A stretch of DNA of 62,793 bases, filler included, from Asterionella formosa (lineage: Eukaryota): the NCBI GenBank assembly GCA_002256025.1. It is 14 parts of 14 records of this genome, joined end to end, with 100 filler letters (N's around TTAATTAATTAA, not from the genome) between each part and the next. Parts side by side here need not be neighbours in the genome. Positions count along the whole stretch, not along the records: positions 59,936 to 61,314 come from NKIB01002744.1; positions 61,415 to 62,793 come from NKIB01002745.1; 12 more parts are not named here. One strand, 5' to 3'. Numbering within the stretch: position 1 is the first letter of the stretch; each line of letters opens with the position of its first letter. This document shows positions 59,936 to 62,793 of this stretch, piece by piece. The notes under the pieces were generated by a model, which saw only the letters and a list, made by a program, of their open reading frames with translations, ran no database searches and had not been told where the DNA came from. The translations under genes and the position numbers were made by a program.

Positions 59936-61314
59936 GCAGGTGCTGGGCAATGCGGTTGAGTGGTATAAATCCTTGGGATTTGTACACTGCAATCCTATTC
60001 CTTGGATGGACAGGATCAATCATCCTCTTGAAAACCTTCTTCATGATGAGAGGAACAAGAACGATGGCGATGTTGATTCATACAATTATGGACCTGATAT
60101 GCCAGAACCAGCAAATTTCGAGACCTTTCCTATCGTGCGTTTGCGAACAAATATAACTGGGAGTCTTCTTTCAGCCACTCATTATGATCTTCTTGATCAT
60201 CAATTGGAAGAGCAAGCCTATGTGTACTCGATGTTTCTTCCCATTGGGGGTTTCATCTACAAGCAACCAAAAGGTATGTTCGGTTACTTTATATGCTGTA
60301 TTCATATTCATTTATTCATTCACACATTTCTATTTTTGCATTCATCGCCTGACAGAGGTGATGAATGCGAAGGCAGCTATCAGATCAGAGTATGCCCGCT
60401 TGGAAGCGCCTTCTTATGCGCTCGGAAAGCGTGCGAGGAGAGGCACTTTGCAAAAGGCTGCTTCTATAGTTACAGCAGGATCAACACAGCCCCAATCCCG
60501 AGTGTTGCAGAAGAGTGTTCCAAAGAAAGCTGCAAAGACGAGGATGAAGACTCCTCCAAGAGCTGTTGCTGCAAAAGCTGTTGCACTCAAGCCTTCTGCC
60601 AAGGCTACTCCCAAGCATGATGCTACCAAAGCCATCACATCCAAGGCAGGTGCTTACAACGCTGCGAAGTCAACAGCCAGGAGCCGAGATGTTGCATCAA
60701 TGCCTGTAACTAATCCTTACAAAGAATCTGAATCAGACTGCAAACCAGCCGCGATTCCCAGCAAAAAAGTATCGAAACCAGACTCTAAACCAGCTGCCAT
60801 AAACAGGAAAAAAGTATCCAAACCGGATTCCAAATCAGCTGCCACCTCCAGCAAATTGGTCTCCAAACCGGAGTCCCAACAAGTTGCTGTGACAATAATC
60901 AAGAAACGATCGAAGGCTACCTGGCCCCCTTCTAGTTCTATTTCCAAGAAATCACGAATTTCTTCCAAGGACAATGATGTGATTAGTCTAACAGATGATG
61001 ATAGTAGTGAGTCAAAGGCAACTGCCTCAAAGAATGACCTCCTCCATTGTGTCAATCCTGAACGACCTTCTGTTGTCAATTTCGACAAAAGTAACCAGAA
61101 TGTGATCAAGCTGGAACTCATCCTGTCCCACCATGGGATAAGGTCGAAACAATTTGACCTAGCAGGAATTCTTGCTTCACGCCGAGCAATCACCACTCAA
61201 AGGCTCAGCTCTCAAGGCAGTTTCAAGGGTGTCACTAACACAGCAAATATTTCAAGCTTGCTCTATCAGGCTGATGCAGCCTACCACCAATTTCGTCAGG
61301 AGTGCTTGCAGTAT
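59936..61314 (+). CDS. Multicopy unknown gene, variant 4 (partial)
   Basis: As variant 1, closest to variant 3. Confidence 0.75.
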
Positions 61315-61414
61315 NNNNNNNNNNNNNNNNNNNNNNNNNNNNNNNNNNNNNNNNNNNNTTAATTAATTAANNNNNNNNNNNNNNNNNNNNNNNNNNNNNN
61401 NNNNNNNNNNNNNN

Positions 61415-62793
61415 TCACAACTCCCTCCGAGGAGCCATGCCAACCGTTGTTGGTCAAAACCGAGGGCGAAATTCGGCCCTAACGTCCGAACTTTCGCGAT
61501 CAATTCTGCCATGTGTGGCTCGGTACGTAGAACACGCCACCGACCACACGTGAACACTAAGTGTTCCAGCGTTTCTGGTTCATCCATACCACAAAATGGA
61601 CACTTCCTCAAATACCTATGAGGCATTCGCTTCCACCCCACCAAGGTGGGGACAGTTACAAATGCCCCAATCCGACACCGAACTATCAAAGCCAGTCCTG
61701 CTTGGTCTTTGGGACTGCCCCCCACACGTGACCGTGTGAGTGGATGCTTGTCAAATCCGGCTCCCTCATACCACACTGTGCGGGCCCCCGACGGACGAGT
61801 CAAGTTCCGTCGGATCCCACACTCTCTCTCCAAAATGCATGCTTTCACTACCTCAGCCAGTACCTTTGGTTCCAGGCTCTGCCATCCAGCACCCAAGTAC
61901 CGGTACCTCTCCACAATAGACACCGGTGCATGGGGGAGCGCATAGCGTTTCAGCCAGCGCGGAACCCCCGAGCACCATGTCCATTTCTGACTTCGGAATG
62001 GTCTTAGGACCAATTCCTGAAGCCAGGTTTTGAGACCCGAGGCCTTGGCATAAGCTCTGGCCCGTCGGGCACCCGCCAAGGCACACATTGGCAACATCCG
62101 TGCCTCCTTCCAAAGGCCTACTGATGGCACATCCCCTGCCCTCCTGGCTCCAATGCTAGCCCTAAGGCATCGGTTCAGAAGAACCTGCATTTTGTCCGTA
62201 AGGTGACGGTTCATACCATACAGCTCAGCCCCAAAAAGGAGGCGGGGGGCAACTACTCCTGCAACAGTCAGCAAACGCATGGCCATTGGTACCACCGGGC
62301 ACCGTAGAAACGGTACCAAGGTGGCAACTGTGGCCCGCCCTTGCTTGACTCTATGGTCCACCATAGACGAGATAGACAGACCTGGTGTCATGAGGACACC
62401 CAGATACATATATCTGTCCACAACAGGGAGTGGAAGTCCCTCCAGTTCCAGTCCAGCCACATCTTGTCCAGGGACAAGCGGTTCGGTGGCCGGGTCTGGG
62501 TCTGGCGGTAGGAATTCCATCAGCCCGCACTTCCCTATGCCCACACTCATCTCGTTAGCTGTAACCCAGTTGGTAACGTGCGTACAGAACCGTTTGGCCG
62601 CCTCCTGGGAGGGGCAGATTCCGGCCGCATCATCAGCAAAGAGGGTACATCCCACTGTCAGTGTGGGTGTGGAGTTCCGCCATGTGCGACTGTCCCCAGT
62701 TGGTACCAGGGCACCGCTCTCCTCCGTCCCCACTGCCAAGTCATCAATGAAGATGTTGAACAGTATAGGCGAAAGAGGGCAACCCTGCCGCAC
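61415..62793 (-). mobile_element. Second copy of the LINE RT plus C-terminal CCHC zinc finger
   Basis: Near-identical to 45317-46522 on the opposite strand; extends to CPFCGMDEPETLEHLVFTC; has a 6-bp in-frame insertion at ~61900. Confidence 0.93.

Noticed and set aside
54020..61314. Tandem gene array
   Set aside because: The copies are separate equal-length contigs placed together by concatenation, so adjacency carries no genomic information.

Overview
Eukaryotic nuclear DNA, most likely from a diatom (ASAFAP plastid-targeting peptide, short GT-AG introns, diatom-type Copia/Gypsy elements). The window is not one locus. It is two 22,471-bp scaffolds (1-22471, 22572-45042) and twelve ~1.38-kb contigs, joined by artificial N-TTAATTAATTAA-N linkers. 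Host genes include E(z) (PRC2), Las1, a DnaJ protein, two prolyl-4-hydroxylase-like oxygenases, a plastid HopJ-family protein, an alpha/beta hydrolase, an EXS protein, PIG-F, an eIF4B-like protein, a polyketide-cyclase/START protein and RNase H1. Mobile DNA includes a full-length but mutated Copia element with both LTRs, a truncated Gypsy element, two near-identical LINE fragments, and several related Kolobok-type pieces (TTAA-flanked MITE, a KolX-like gene, shared termini). The most unusual signal is heavy enrichment of TA-CC(N)GG-TA words in non-coding DNA. Three paired comparisons inside the window show them arising as TA -> TA[CC..GG]TA insertions, which look like accumulated Tc1/mariner-type excision footprints. 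Also notable is a four-variant, intron-containing gene with a GNAT-like motif and a histone-H1-like basic region. All family assignments come from recognising motifs by eye; no database search was run.
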